A DNA stretch of 64,000 nt. It comes from Acidimicrobiia bacterium (GTDB lineage: Bacteria > Actinomycetota > Acidimicrobiia > Acidimicrobiales > SHLQ01). Each line of letters begins with the position of its first letter. The stretch's first letter is position 1. Of the stretch, positions 1 to 10,294 are shown one piece after another. Below the pieces are notes generated by a model that saw only the letters and a list, made by a program, of their open reading frames with translations, did no database searches and had not been told where the DNA came from. The translations under genes and the position numbers were made by a program. The stretch is taken from positions 2,054,992 through 2,118,991 of the forward strand of contig JAWPMS010000001.1 in the NCBI GenBank assembly GCA_033344795.1. Direction: 5' to 3'.

Positions 1-462
1 GAGCAGGAAGTCGATCAGGTCATGTTCTGCAGGTGTGTGCCCGCGACGGACGTCGATGACATAACCGACCGATTGAAACGTGAAGAAGGAGATGCCGATG
101 GGCAGTGCAAGACGGAGTGTTATCTCCGACGTGGAGAGGCCAATCGCATCGAGACTGCCCGAAAACGTTTCTATGAAGAAGTCGAAGTATTTGAAGACGA
201 ACAGGATCGCGAGCGGGACGACGATTCCTACGACGGTTGCTTTCCGGGCATGTTGTGGCCGGCCTTCGATTGTCACCGCAGCGAAGTAGGCCGTGAGCGA
301 GCAAATCAGAATGAGTGCGACGAAGCGCACGCCGCCGAACCCGTAGAAAAACAGGCTTGCCCCAAGGAGCAGCACATTCTGGCTGCGTACTGTTCGCGCC
401 AAGGAATAGGCGATGAAGACAAGGACGAAGAAGACGAGATAGTCGAATGAATTGAACAGCAC
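1..462 (-). CDS. MBOAT-family membrane O-acyltransferase (AlgI/DltB-like), N-terminal 154 codons; continues past the left edge
   Basis: Hand translation of the minus frame ending at nt 1; it is absent from the ORF track because it is open at the edge. Sequence: V-LFNSFDYLVFFVLVFIAYSLA...TLRLALPIGISFFTFQSVGYVIDVRRGHTPAEHDLIDFLL. The LPIGISFFTFQ..Y.IDV.RG block is the MBOAT/AlgI N-terminal signature. GTG at 462-460 is preceded by an in-frame stop at 477-475. Confidence 0.8.
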   Translation of the reverse strand, partial: MLFNSFDYLVFFVLVFIAYSLARTVRSQNVLLLGASLFFYGFGGVRFVALILICSLTAYFAAVTIEGRPQHARKATVVGIVVPLAILFVFKYFDFFIETFSGSLDAIGLSTSEITLRLALPIGISFFTFQSVGYVIDVRRGHTPAEHDLIDFLL

Positions 463-576
463 GCCGGCCTGACACTATCGAGTTGGGCAGTCCGAGAGCG
501 TGAACAAGCGGCCACGGCTGCGCTGTCCCGAGGTGCATGGTCGCCGTGAGCGGAACTTCTCGAATATTGTCCAGGC

Positions 577-1464
577 ATGGCGTTGCCAACCACCTCGATC
601 GTCATTCGTACGTTGAACGAAGCTGAGCACCTCGGAACGTTGTTCGATTCCATCGACCAACAGGTGCAACAACCGGACGAGATCGTGCTTGTCGACAGCG
701 GGTCGACCGACCAGACCGTCGCCATCGCCGAGGCTCGAGGTGCATCGATCGTGCACATCCCTCCTGGCGAGTTCACCTTCGGGCGAGCGCTGAATTGGGG
801 TTGTGAGGCAGCCAAAGGTGAGGTCCTCGTCTTCGTTTCGGCGCATGTATATGCCCTCCACGAGACGTGGCTGTCGGAGTTGATCGAACCGTTTGCCAAT
901 CCGCAGGTTGGCCTCTCCTACGGCGGACAGACCGGTGACCATCGCAGCAACTTCGCGGAGATCCAGCTCCTGAAGCGCTGGTTTCCAGACGACGGAGGAA
1001 CCCTCGATCAACAGAATCCGTTCTGCAACAACGCGAATTGCGCCGTGCGTAGGACCCTTTGGGAAGACGAACCGTACGACGAGACGCTCACGGGTCTTGA
1101 GGACATGGCGTTCGCTCGACGGATCCGAGCTGCCGGGCATCACATTGCCTATGTGCCGAACGCGAAGATCGCTCACGTCCACGAAGAGGCAGCACGGCAG
1201 ACCTTCAACCGCTACCGACGCGAGGCGATCGCGTATCAGAACATCTTCGGCTCCGAACAGATGGGAATGTCGAGCGCCGCTGGCTTGGCTGCGGCGAGTA
1301 TCACCTCCGACGTGCGGGCCGCAGTGCGACAACGCAAGATCGGTGCGATCCCCTCGGTCGTGTCGTTTCGGGTGGCCCAGTTCGCGGGCGCATGGGCGGG
1401 ACACCGAGACGACCCGTCGGAGTCGCGTCAGATCGTTCGACGCATGTATTACCCGAGAGGGTGA
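577..1464 (+). CDS. glycosyltransferase family 2
   Basis: 295-aa ORF. SIVIRTLNEAEHL...IVLVDSGSTDQT N-terminus and a downstream acidic motif fit the GT-A/GT2 fold. Divergent from the MBOAT gene. Confidence 0.8.
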   Translation: MALPTTSIVIRTLNEAEHLGTLFDSIDQQVQQPDEIVLVDSGSTDQTVAIAEARGASIVHIPPGEFTFGRALNWGCEAAKGEVLVFVSAHVYALHETWLSELIEPFANPQVGLSYGGQTGDHRSNFAEIQLLKRWFPDDGGTLDQQNPFCNNANCAVRRTLWEDEPYDETLTGLEDMAFARRIRAAGHHIAYVPNAKIAHVHEEAARQTFNRYRREAIAYQNIFGSEQMGMSSAAGLAAASITSDVRAAVRQRKIGAIPSVVSFRVAQFAGAWAGHRDDPSESRQIVRRMYYPRG

Positions 1465-1468
1465 CCTC

Positions 1469-1936
1469 GTGACCGAGACGGCTCTGTTCGTCTACGGCAC
1501 CCTCCGACGCCCGGTGGGCGGACCGCCAGCCGATACCCACTTCCACGAGCGAATCGTCGAGGGAATTCTCGCGAGTGCACCAGCGACGTTGTCGAACTGT
1601 GCGTTGTACGACCTGGGTTCGTATCCAGGACTCGGTCGCGGAAACGGAGTTGCGATCGGGGAGTGTTTCGATGTGTCGCCCTCGACGCTTCGTATCACAG
1701 ATCAGATCGAGGGTCATCCCGACTTTTATGTTCGTCGAATCGAAACGATCCTGCTCGCGGACGGTGAGGCACGCGAAGCCTGGGTCTACTGGGCGCCCGA
1801 ACGTCTCCTTGCGAATGCGGCGACGATCGAGTCGGGAGATTGGTTCGAACGCCCTCGCGGTGTCGTGGAGAGCGCCCCGATCGAGCATCAGTTGGCCCAT
1901 GACATGGCACTCGAGCAGCGAAAGTCGATGGGCTGA
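1469..1936 (+). CDS. gamma-glutamylcyclotransferase (AIG2/GGCT-like) family protein
   Basis: LFVYGTLRRP...YDLGSYPGL...EGHPDFYVRR motifs. The start was moved to GTG 1469, 5 nt after the GT2 stop; the track ORF 1097.. overlaps the GT2 gene. Confidence 0.75.
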   Translation: MTETALFVYGTLRRPVGGPPADTHFHERIVEGILASAPATLSNCALYDLGSYPGLGRGNGVAIGECFDVSPSTLRITDQIEGHPDFYVRRIETILLADGEAREAWVYWAPERLLANAATIESGDWFERPRGVVESAPIEHQLAHDMALEQRKSMG

Positions 1937-2060
1937 CCGATCACTTCGCTCCAATACTGATCAGTGGCTTCGCTGCTCGCTAACCTCTACTCGACAGTTG
2001 GGGTTTTTGCCCGGTTGTCAGCGACCCGACCGCTAGTCAACTCGAGGCACTGCGATTCCC

Positions 2061-4286
2061 ATGACCGAAGCATCCAAGATCATCTACACCTGGACCGACG
2101 AAGCGCCTGCGCTTGCAACTCTGTCCTTTCTGCCAGTGATCGAAGCGTTCACCGGCGTTGCAGGGGTCGAGGTGGAGACTGCAGACATCTCACTCGCCGG
2201 TAGAGTCCTGGCGCTCTTCCCGGAACGTTTGTCAACCGATCAGCGGGTACCCGACTACCTTCACGAGTTGGGCGAGCTTGCAAAGACGCCGGAAGCAAAC
2301 ATCATCAAGCTTCCCAACATCAGCGCATCCCTTCCACAGTTGAAAGCTGCGATCGCCGAACTACAGGCCAAGGGTTTCGACGTTCCCGACTACGACGAAG
2401 AGCCCACAACCGACGAGGCAGCTGAAGCAAAGGCGCGGTACGACAGAGTCAAAGGCTCGGCCGTGAACCCGGTGCTGCGTGAGGGAAACTCGGACCGTCG
2501 GGCTCCCGGTGCGGTCAAGAAGTACGCACAGAAGAACCCGCACTCGATGGGCGAATGGTCATCAGCGTCTGACAGTCACGTGGCGACAATGTCCGCGAAT
2601 GACTTTGCGCACAACGAGGTGTCCACGACGATCGAACAAGATGGTTCGCTTCGGATCGAACATGTCGCGGCAGATGGAACGGTCACCGTGCTCAAAGAGG
2701 AGGTCCCCGTTCTCGCTGGGGAAATCGTCGACGCGACGTTCATGAGCGCATCGGCATTGGAATCATTCCTTGCGGCGCAGATCGCGGACGCCAAGGAGCG
2801 CAACGTTCTCTTCTCGCTGCATGTGAAGGCCACCATGATGAAGGTGTCCGATCCGATCATCTTCGGTCATGCGGTGAAGGTGTTCTTCGCGAACGTGTTC
2901 GAGGAACACGGCGACAAGCTCGACGCAGTCGGCGTCAATGTGAACAACGGTCTCGGAAATCTTCTGGCTGGTCTCTCGGAGCTCTCCGACGCCGACCGTG
3001 CTGCGGTGGAGTCGTCGATCGCGGCCGCGTACGCCGCTGGGCCTGACATTGCCATGGTCAACTCGGATAAGGGAATCACGAACCTTCACGTACCGAGCGA
3101 TGTCATCGTCGACGCATCGATGCCAGCAATGATCCGCAGCTCCGGCCAGATGTGGAACAAGGACGGTGAGCTGCAAGACACAAAGGCCGTCATCCCCGAG
3201 AGCAGCTACGCAGATCTGTACTCGGAGACGATCGCATTCACCAAGGCGCACGGTGCATTCGACCCGACCACGATGGGCACCGTTCCCAACGTCGGGTTGA
3301 TGGCACAAAAGGCAGAGGAATACGGATCGCACGACAAAACCTTCGAGATCGAGAGCGACGGTGTTGTGCGTGTCGTGCGCAGCACTGGTGCGACAGTCTT
3401 CGAGCACCAGGTGCAAGCCGGCGACATCTGGCGGATGTCGAAGGCCACCGACGAAGCCATTCGCGATTGGGTGAAGCTCGGCGTGAGCAGAGCTCGTGCG
3501 ACCGGGTGGCCAGCCATCTTCTGGCTCGATGGCGCACGTGCGCACGACGCACAGCTGATCGACAAGGTGCACGCCTACCTCCCCGAGCACGACACGACCG
3601 GCCTCGACATTCAGATCATGAACGTTGGCGACGCAACCCGCTACACCCTCGAGCGGGTAGCCGCCGGAGAGAACACGGTTTCGGTGACCGGAAACGTGCT
3701 TCGCGATTACATCACCGACCTGTTCCCGATCATGGAGGTCGGCACGAGCGCAAAGATGCTTTCCATCGTTCCGCTGATGAACGGTGGCGGGATGTTCGAG
3801 ACCGGTGCGGGAGGTTCTGCTCCAAAGCACGTGCAGCAGTTCGTGGCCGAGAATCATCTCCGATGGGATTCGCTGGGTGAGTTCTTGGCGCTCGCGGTTT
3901 CGTTGGAACACCTCGCCGAGGTGGCGAACAAGCCGGCAGCCCGCATTCTGGGTGATGCACTCGATGCAGCAACCGAGAAGCTGCTCGACGAAGGCAAGTC
4001 GCCCTCTCGAAAAGTCAACGAGCTCGATAATCGCGGATCTCACTTCTACCTAGCGATGTATTGGGCGCAAACGCTCGCCGCACAATCGGAAGATGCCGAT
4101 CTTGCGCAACGGTTTGCCCCTGTCGCTGCGGCGCTCACCGAGGCAGAAGCTCAGATCGTTGATGAGCTGAATGGGGTGCAGGGTCAACCGGTCGACATCG
4201 GTGGCTATTACTTCCCAGATGTTGCCAAGGCGGCGGATGCAATGCGGCCGAGTACGACGCTGAATGCGATCATCGACGCCATCTGA
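2061..4286 (+). CDS. icd: NADP-dependent isocitrate dehydrogenase, monomeric type
   Basis: 741 aa. The N-terminus [22 protein letters not shown] and the length are typical of the ~740-aa monomeric IDH family. Confidence 0.92.
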   Translation: MTEASKIIYTWTDEAPALATLSFLPVIEAFTGVAGVEVETADISLAGRVLALFPERLSTDQRVPDYLHELGELAKTPEANIIKLPNISASLPQLKAAIAELQAKGFDVPDYDEEPTTDEAAEAKARYDRVKGSAVNPVLREGNSDRRAPGAVKKYAQKNPHSMGEWSSASDSHVATMSANDFAHNEVSTTIEQDGSLRIEHVAADGTVTVLKEEVPVLAGEIVDATFMSASALESFLAAQIADAKERNVLFSLHVKATMMKVSDPIIFGHAVKVFFANVFEEHGDKLDAVGVNVNNGLGNLLAGLSELSDADRAAVESSIAAAYAAGPDIAMVNSDKGITNLHVPSDVIVDASMPAMIRSSGQMWNKDGELQDTKAVIPESSYADLYSETIAFTKAHGAFDPTTMGTVPNVGLMAQKAEEYGSHDKTFEIESDGVVRVVRSTGATVFEHQVQAGDIWRMSKATDEAIRDWVKLGVSRARATGWPAIFWLDGARAHDAQLIDKVHAYLPEHDTTGLDIQIMNVGDATRYTLERVAAGENTVSVTGNVLRDYITDLFPIMEVGTSAKMLSIVPLMNGGGMFETGAGGSAPKHVQQFVAENHLRWDSLGEFLALAVSLEHLAEVANKPAARILGDALDAATEKLLDEGKSPSRKVNELDNRGSHFYLAMYWAQTLAAQSEDADLAQRFAPVAAALTEAEAQIVDELNGVQGQPVDIGGYYFPDVAKAADAMRPSTTLNAIIDAI

Positions 4287-4303
4287 CCGAGGTGCGGTTG
4301 CGG

Positions 4304-4978
4304 CTAGCTGTCCGCCCAGCGGTCATCGATTGGGAGTTCGCTGCTTGCATCCGTGAGGTCGATGGTCGTCAGATCGATGACGACTTCTTCGGGCTCGGCA
4401 TCTGCAGCAAGCTGCGCGCGTCGACGGAGTCGGCCATACCACTCTCGTGCGAGCATCGAACCCAGGCTGAAGGAGAACGGCGCCCCGAGTACCGCTCCGA
4501 TGGTGAACCAGTTCCTTCGGTTGGGAACCAGGGTGTTGGTCGTGAATTCATCGCGTAGTTCACGTGCGTCGAGAATCCAGCTGTTTGGTCGAACCGGGAG
4601 CTTTTTGTCCACTTCATCAACTATCACGGCTTCGATCATCGGTCCGTTTCGAATCAGCCAGTAGCTGGCCAAGCCTGCCGCCAGCACGGCGAGAACCTCG
4701 AGGATCTGTTCACTATCTGGAATGGCCCGATACGAAAAGGGTCCCAGCCGGTCTCGTTGATGGAGCCGCCTCGTCCAGGCCGCCCCGAGCACCGCGACGA
4801 ACGGTCCGGTGAGCGCCGCCCCGGTGAGAAGCCAGCTCAGGCCAGATCCGAGCTCGCATTCAGCTCCCTCGCACACGAAGGTCTCATCACCCGACCGTGC
4901 ATGAATCTGCCACGTGAGAATGAGCGAGATCAAAGCCGCGATCGGCAGAGTCTTTGCGGTGAATGGAACGTTCGTCAT
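4304..4978 (-). CDS. hypothetical membrane protein
   Basis: 224-aa ORF with several hydrophobic helices. Its ATG overlaps the stop of the upstream rhomboid gene (ATGA-type 4-nt overlap at 4975-4978). Confidence 0.6.
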   Translation of the reverse strand: MTNVPFTAKTLPIAALISLILTWQIHARSGDETFVCEGAECELGSGLSWLLTGAALTGPFVAVLGAAWTRRLHQRDRLGPFSYRAIPDSEQILEVLAVLAAGLASYWLIRNGPMIEAVIVDEVDKKLPVRPNSWILDARELRDEFTTNTLVPNRRNWFTIGAVLGAPFSFSLGSMLAREWYGRLRRRAQLAADAEPEEVVIDLTTIDLTDASSELPIDDRWADS

Positions 4979-5835
4979 GGTCCTGGGTGCCAGCTCGGAG
5001 TTGTGCTGTCCTCGAGTATCTCACGCCCGCCGAAGCGAGGGTCCCATTGGCCTTGCGGGTGTTGGGTGAGGTATTTGTGCTGCCACAGCCGTTGGCGAAA
5101 GTTGTCGTTTGTCCGGGCGCCCAGTGCAATCACCGCGCCGGCGATGAATCCACCCACATGAGCGAGCCACGCGATGCCATCGGTTGGAGAGATGAAAAAC
5201 TGGCTGCCGAACCAGAATGTCAGGACGATCCACGCACGCAGATCGAGCAGGACGATCACGGCGATGGTCTTCACGCGCGCCCACGGGAACCACACGATGT
5301 ATGCACCCATGACTCCAGCGACCGCCCCGGAAGCGCCGATCACCGGGATGAGTGAGTCTGGATCTCCAGCGACGTGAGCGATGGATGCGACCACTCCGGC
5401 GAAGAGGTAGAAGACCAGATACTTCAGGCGCCCAAGGTGGTCCTCGATGTTGTTGCCGAACACCCAGAGAAACAACATGTTGCCGCCCAGGTGCATGAGG
5501 CCACCGTGCAGGAACATCGAAGACAGCGCGGCGAGGTAGACGTTCTTGTCGGGAAAGCGAGCATCGGCTGACGGAGCGGTACAGATATCAGCCGTACCCG
5601 CGATCGACGTGAAGGCTTCGGAGTTCGGCGCGAGGACACTGCAGTACTCCTGCTCGCTCAGCGGTTCACCGGAAGTGAGCTCGTCTGGAATAGCTGCGGT
5701 CTCGAAGGTGAAGTCCGTTCCCGCGTCGATCTCCACGGGCTGCAACAAGAAGTACACGAGCACGTTCACGACGATCAACGCAATTGTGACGATGGGTACA
5801 CGCATCGTCGGGTTCTCGTCCTTCAGCGGAAACAC
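4975..5835 (-). CDS. rhomboid family intramembrane serine protease
   Basis: C-terminal 286 aa of track ORF 4975..6720. Motifs: FPLKDENPT..., HGGLMHLGGNMLFLWVFG, GASGAVAGVMGAY (catalytic GxSG) and AHVGGFIAG (catalytic His). The start is set at GTG 5835 (alternative ATG 5805); the rest of the 581-aa ORF is antisense to folD. Confidence 0.85.
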   Translation of the reverse strand: MFPLKDENPTMRVPIVTIALIVVNVLVYFLLQPVEIDAGTDFTFETAAIPDELTSGEPLSEQEYCSVLAPNSEAFTSIAGTADICTAPSADARFPDKNVYLAALSSMFLHGGLMHLGGNMLFLWVFGNNIEDHLGRLKYLVFYLFAGVVASIAHVAGDPDSLIPVIGASGAVAGVMGAYIVWFPWARVKTIAVIVLLDLRAWIVLTFWFGSQFFISPTDGIAWLAHVGGFIAGAVIALGARTNDNFRQRLWQHKYLTQHPQGQWDPRFGGREILEDSTTPSWHPGP

Positions 5836-5868
5836 AGCACGACTGTACTTGCTGGGTAGATTTGCCGA

Positions 5869-6726
5869 ATGACTGCTCAGTTCCTCGCCGGTGGCCCCGT
5901 GGCCGAATCCGTACTCGCCGATGTTTCGACCCGCGCTGCAGCGCTCAAAGCGAAGGGTATTCAGGTCGGCCTCGGCACGATTCTCGTCGGGGATGATGGA
6001 CCCTCTGCGTCGTACGTCAAGAAGAAGCATGAAACGTGCGAGCAGGTCGGAATCACCTCGCATCACAAGGCGATCCCAGCCGAAGCTGGCCAGGCGGCGC
6101 TCGTCGAGGCGCTGAACGACTTCAACACCGACCCGACGGTGCACGGCTACATCCTGCAGCTGCCGCTTCCCGACGGATTCGACGCCGCCGAAGCGCTTGC
6201 ACTCATCGACCCCGCAAAGGACGCCGACGGTCTCCACCCAGAGAATCTCGGAAAGCTCGTGCTCCAGGAGCCGGGTCCGCTCCCGTGCACACCTGCCGGC
6301 ATCGTTGAGATGTTGAAGTACTACGAGATCGATGTACAGGGCAAGAATGTCGTGGTCGTCGGTCGAGGAACCACGCTCGGTCGGCCGATGGCTTTGCTCA
6401 TGACGACGAAACAACCTGGCGCCAATGCGGCGACCACCGTTGTGCACACCGGTGTTCCCGACATCGCCAAGTACACCCGCGAAGCCGACATCGTTATCGC
6501 TGCCGTCGGTCGACCCGGCACGATCACCAAAGACATGGTGAAGCCCGGAGCGGTTGTGGTCAGCGGCGGAATCAGTTGGGAGGGCAAGAAACTTCTCCCC
6601 GACGTGAACGAAGACGTCGGCGAAGTGGCCAGCTGGATCACTCCGCGATTGGGCGGGGTCGGTCCATTGACCGTTGCGATGCTGCTTTCGAACACCGTGT
6701 TGGCTGCCGAACAGGCGCACTCCTGA
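5869..6726 (+). CDS. folD: bifunctional 5,10-methylenetetrahydrofolate dehydrogenase/cyclohydrolase
   Basis: 285 aa. SASYVKKKHETCEQVGI, VHGYILQLPLP, CTPAGIVEML and VVVGRGTTLGRPMALLM are FolD hallmarks. Confidence 0.93.
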   Translation: MTAQFLAGGPVAESVLADVSTRAAALKAKGIQVGLGTILVGDDGPSASYVKKKHETCEQVGITSHHKAIPAEAGQAALVEALNDFNTDPTVHGYILQLPLPDGFDAAEALALIDPAKDADGLHPENLGKLVLQEPGPLPCTPAGIVEMLKYYEIDVQGKNVVVVGRGTTLGRPMALLMTTKQPGANAATTVVHTGVPDIAKYTREADIVIAAVGRPGTITKDMVKPGAVVVSGGISWEGKKLLPDVNEDVGEVASWITPRLGGVGPLTVAMLLSNTVLAAEQAHS

Positions 6727-8465
6727 GCCAGGAATCGATTCTTCGGCGGGGATTCCGGCTCATCGGTCGGAGCTTTCGGGCGCATCCGGTCCCGCACGCG
6801 ATTGCGATAACCGGTGCGGTGCTATTTGCGGTCTCGGTCGTTGCGTTGAGCCGCGCGATCGCGTGGGTCACCGACGAGCTCATCGTGCCCGGCCTCGACG
6901 GGGATGGTGTCACCGACTCGCAACTGGTCACCGGGTTCCTCATCATTTTGGTCATCGCGATGGTTCGTGGCGCGGGGGCGGTCGTTCGCCGGTATTACCT
7001 GGCCATGGCCGAGTATCGGACCGGGGGCACGTGGCGAGGGCAACTCTTCGATCAGTACCTGAAACAACCACTGTCGTTTCATCGATCGATCCCTACCGGT
7101 CAACTCCTCGCTCACGCAGACAACGACCTGGTCGTTGCGGGGATCGTGTTGAAACCGCTCGCGTTCGCTGTGGCGACCGTCGTGTTGGCGTTTCTGGCGA
7201 TCGTCAGCCTTGCACTGGTACACCCATTGTTTGGCCTGGTCGCCGTCGTGCTGCTCCCGATTCTGATGACGATCAATCAGCTGTATTCAACTCGAGTGGC
7301 TGGACCGGCAGCCGAAGTGCAACAGGCGGTTGCGTCGGTCACCAACGTTGCCCACGAGAGCTTCGATGGAATCATGGTGATCAAAACGCTCGGGCGGACC
7401 GACGATGAGGTCGACCGAATGCGTTCCGCATCGGCTGATCTGCGAGCGAAACGTCTGCAGGTCGGACGGTTGCGTGCCGTCTTCGAACCGCTGTTGGAAA
7501 CGCTTCCCAGCATCGGTGTGGTTGTGCTCTTGCTGATCGGTGCTGGCCTCGTCGATGAGGGAAGTGTCTCGGTCGGAGAGGTGGTTGGGGCAATGTCGCT
7601 GTTCAGTGTGCTCTCTCTACCGATCAGGATTGTTGGGTTCTTCCTGCAGTCGATGCCCGCGTCGGTCGTGGCGCTCGAACGAATCGACAAGGTCCTCGAC
7701 CTTCCGTTGCCCGAGGCACACGGTGGGAGCGTGCGCGAGCTGCCTGACGGCCCACTCGAACTGTCCTTTGACGATGTGTCGTTCTCTCACGGCGAACACG
7801 TGGTGATCGATTCGTTGAATCTGCGTGTCGCCGCTGGAGAAACGGTCGCCCTCGTCGGCGCCACGGGCAGCGGAAAGACCACCTTGATCGAGCTCGCAGC
7901 GGGTCTGATTCCTCCCAGTTCGGGGTCCATCTCGCTCGGAGGTGTCGGACATGACGACCTGCTTCCCCAAGCACGGGCCGAGCGCCTCGGCGTGGTCTTC
8001 CAGGAGACCTTTCTCTTCGCGGAGTCGATTGCCGAGAACATCACGATGGGCGAAGCGGCGACATCCGAGCAGATCGCCGTGGCGGCGCGGACCAGCAATG
8101 CAGTCGACTTCATCGAGGCCACACCCGAGGGCTACGACACGATTGTTGGCGAACGAGGCGCGACGTTGTCCGGTGGTCAGAAGCAGCGAGTCGCACTAGC
8201 TCGCGCCCTGTTTCGAAACCCGTCGCTGCTCTTGCTCGACGATGCGACCTCTGCGCTCGACCCGACCGTCGAAGCCGAGATCTTACGCGGGCTCGACGGG
8301 GGATCGATGACGATTCTGATGGTGGCGCACCGTCTCTCGACGATCGCACTCGCCGATCGTGTGGCGTTCCTCGAAGATGGCGCGGTGCGGGCGCTTGGGA
8401 CGCACGAGGAACTTCTCGTCCTCGAGGGGTATCGAACCCTCGTCCAAGCCTACGAGGAAGCATGA
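6723..8465 (+). CDS. ABC exporter, fused permease/ATPase (heterodimer partner 1)
   Basis: Six-helix TMD followed by Walker A GATGSGKTT, signature LSGGQKQR and Walker B LLLLDD. The start is unresolved: there is no ATG/GTG/TTG in frame between the folD stop and the conserved N-terminus. CTG 6723 or ATT 6738 are the only nearby options; the track ATG 6576 overlaps folD by 150 nt. Confidence 0.85.
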   Translation: MSQESILRRGFRLIGRSFRAHPVPHAIAITGAVLFAVSVVALSRAIAWVTDELIVPGLDGDGVTDSQLVTGFLIILVIAMVRGAGAVVRRYYLAMAEYRTGGTWRGQLFDQYLKQPLSFHRSIPTGQLLAHADNDLVVAGIVLKPLAFAVATVVLAFLAIVSLALVHPLFGLVAVVLLPILMTINQLYSTRVAGPAAEVQQAVASVTNVAHESFDGIMVIKTLGRTDDEVDRMRSASADLRAKRLQVGRLRAVFEPLLETLPSIGVVVLLLIGAGLVDEGSVSVGEVVGAMSLFSVLSLPIRIVGFFLQSMPASVVALERIDKVLDLPLPEAHGGSVRELPDGPLELSFDDVSFSHGEHVVIDSLNLRVAAGETVALVGATGSGKTTLIELAAGLIPPSSGSISLGGVGHDDLLPQARAERLGVVFQETFLFAESIAENITMGEAATSEQIAVAARTSNAVDFIEATPEGYDTIVGERGATLSGGQKQRVALARALFRNPSLLLLDDATSALDPTVEAEILRGLDGGSMTILMVAHRLSTIALADRVAFLEDGAVRALGTHEELLVLEGYRTLVQAYEEA

Positions 8466-8472
8466 TGTCGGA

Positions 8473-10260
8473 GTGTCGGGCGTGTTAGGCGTCGAACTCT
8501 TGGAGGAGGAACAACCTCCCGCATTGACCATCTTGCGCCGCGGCGTGGGATCGAGTCCCGAGTTGCGCCGCGGGCTCGGGGTCACGGTGGTGTTCGCCCT
8601 TCTGAGCGCTCTTGCCCGCCTCGTGTTGCCCGTGCTGATCCAGCAGACGCTCGACGGCGGTTTCGACGAAGGAAGCGTCGATGTCGACTTCGTCGTAAAG
8701 GCCACCCTGGCGGCGGGCGCGTTGATCATGGTGATCTATCTGCTCACGACGCTGACGTATCGGCGGGTCATCATGACGGCCGAGAACACGTTGATGGCTA
8801 TGCGTCTCCGCACCTTCACGCACATCCAACGACTGAGCCTTGCTGAACATACGTCGAGCCGAAAGGGAGTGCTCACGGCTCGAGTCACAAGCGATGTCGA
8901 GACGCTCGCGCAGTTCGCACAATGGGGAGCTCTCGCCTGGATCGTGGACTCGTCGCTCATCATCGGCACGCTCGCCGTCATGGCGTTCTACAGCTGGCAG
9001 CTGGCGCTCATCACGATCTTGATCTACATCCCGCTGCTGCCGATCCTTCGAGCGATTCAAGGGCGGCAACTTCGTGCCTACAACGACGTTCGCACAAAAA
9101 CGGCGGAGACCCTCGGTCGAACCTCGGAAGCAATCAGCGGCGCAGCCGCGATCCGGGCGTACGGGTACCAAGACGAGGTTGGCGAGCGTCTTCGCGCCGC
9201 CAATGACGATCTGGTCGCCTCGCAGACTCGGGCCCACAAATTCTTCTCGATCCTGGCACCGACCATGGACTTTTTCGGCGGCGTTGCCACTGGGGCGGTG
9301 GCCGTGGTGGGCGTGATGCTCGGCCCCGACACGTTGTCCGTCGGTGAGGCGACGGCCTTTCTCTTCCTCGTCACCATCTTGATTCAGCCCATCTCACAGC
9401 TGGGTGAGGTTCTCGACCAGACCCAAACCGCACTCGCTGGCTGGTGGAAGATTCTGCAGATGCTCGATGTGCCGATCGACGTGGTCGAGGCCAGCCCCGG
9501 CATCGCACTCGATGCTGGACCTCCCGAGGTCGAACTGAGCGGTGTGGACTTCAGCTATCGAACGGGCGACCAAGTCCTTCACGACATCAACGTCGTCATC
9601 GAAGCCGGAAGTTCGGTTGCAATCGTCGGCGAGACCGGAAGTGGGAAGACTACGATGGCGAAGCTCTTGACCCGGCTTGCTGATCCCACGTCAGGGTCGG
9701 TACTCGTCGGGGGTGTGGACCTTCGCGAGGTCTCAACGGCAAGTCGAAACCGGACGATTCGAATGGTGCCGCAGGACGGCTTCCTCTTCGACACGACTTT
9801 GCGCGAGAACATCCGTTTCGGGCGACCGGGTGCGACCGATGCTGACATCGAATCTGCGGCCGTCTCCTTGGGTTTGCACGATTGGCTGCGGTCGTTGCCT
9901 GATGGTCTCGATACCCTCGCCGGCGAGCGCGGGGAGGGGGTGTCTGTCGGTGAGCGACAACTGGTCGCGCTCATTCGTGCGCAACTCGCGGACGCCGGTC
10001 TGTTGATCCTCGATGAGGCCACCAGCGCGGTCGATCCCGAGACCGAGGTCCGGATGGCGACTGCGCTCGAGCGGCTCAGCAAGGGTCGAACCACGATCTC
10101 GATCGCTCACCGTCTCTCGACCGCTGAGCGTGCGGACATCGTCATCGTTATGGACGAAGGGCGAATAGTCGAGCACGGCTCGCACCGAGATTTGATCACA
10201 CAGGGTGGTATTTATGCTGACCTACATGCCGATTGGGTGGGAAACACGCAACAAGCGTGA
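8473..10260 (+). CDS. ABC exporter, fused permease/ATPase (heterodimer partner 2)
   Basis: TMD plus Walker A GETGSGKTT, signature VSVGERQ and Walker B LLILDE. The start was moved to GTG 8473 (alternative GTG 8482), just after the partner-1 stop at 8465. Confidence 0.85.
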   Translation: MSGVLGVELLEEEQPPALTILRRGVGSSPELRRGLGVTVVFALLSALARLVLPVLIQQTLDGGFDEGSVDVDFVVKATLAAGALIMVIYLLTTLTYRRVIMTAENTLMAMRLRTFTHIQRLSLAEHTSSRKGVLTARVTSDVETLAQFAQWGALAWIVDSSLIIGTLAVMAFYSWQLALITILIYIPLLPILRAIQGRQLRAYNDVRTKTAETLGRTSEAISGAAAIRAYGYQDEVGERLRAANDDLVASQTRAHKFFSILAPTMDFFGGVATGAVAVVGVMLGPDTLSVGEATAFLFLVTILIQPISQLGEVLDQTQTALAGWWKILQMLDVPIDVVEASPGIALDAGPPEVELSGVDFSYRTGDQVLHDINVVIEAGSSVAIVGETGSGKTTMAKLLTRLADPTSGSVLVGGVDLREVSTASRNRTIRMVPQDGFLFDTTLRENIRFGRPGATDADIESAAVSLGLHDWLRSLPDGLDTLAGERGEGVSVGERQLVALIRAQLADAGLLILDEATSAVDPETEVRMATALERLSKGRTTISIAHRLSTAERADIVIVMDEGRIVEHGSHRDLITQGGIYADLHADWVGNTQQA

Positions 10261-10294
10261 TCTGATTCGCTTGCCAGCGGCGCGGCTGACATCA

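Noticed and set aside
1956-1965. A 10-bp perfect palindrome ACTGATCAGT upstream of icd.
   Set aside because: A 10-bp palindrome is expected many times by chance in 64 kb, and there is no flanking structure or repetition.
2763-4043. Long antisense or alternative-frame ORFs in the track: for example 2763..4043(-), 475..1404(-), 19094..20398(-), 22065..23093(-), 34346..35293(+), 35079..36056(+), 40299..41219(-), 46840..47964(+), 53587..54555(+), 56021..56722(+), 59580..60545(-) and 62667..63539(-).
   Set aside because: All lie inside or opposite strongly recognisable genes and have Arg/Pro/Gly-rich, motif-free translations typical of shadow ORFs in GC-rich DNA. No independent support exists.
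5836-6720. The N-terminal 295 aa of the 581-aa track ORF 4975..6720(-).
   Set aside because: Only the last 286 aa look like a rhomboid protease. The upstream part is antisense to folD and has no membrane or domain features.
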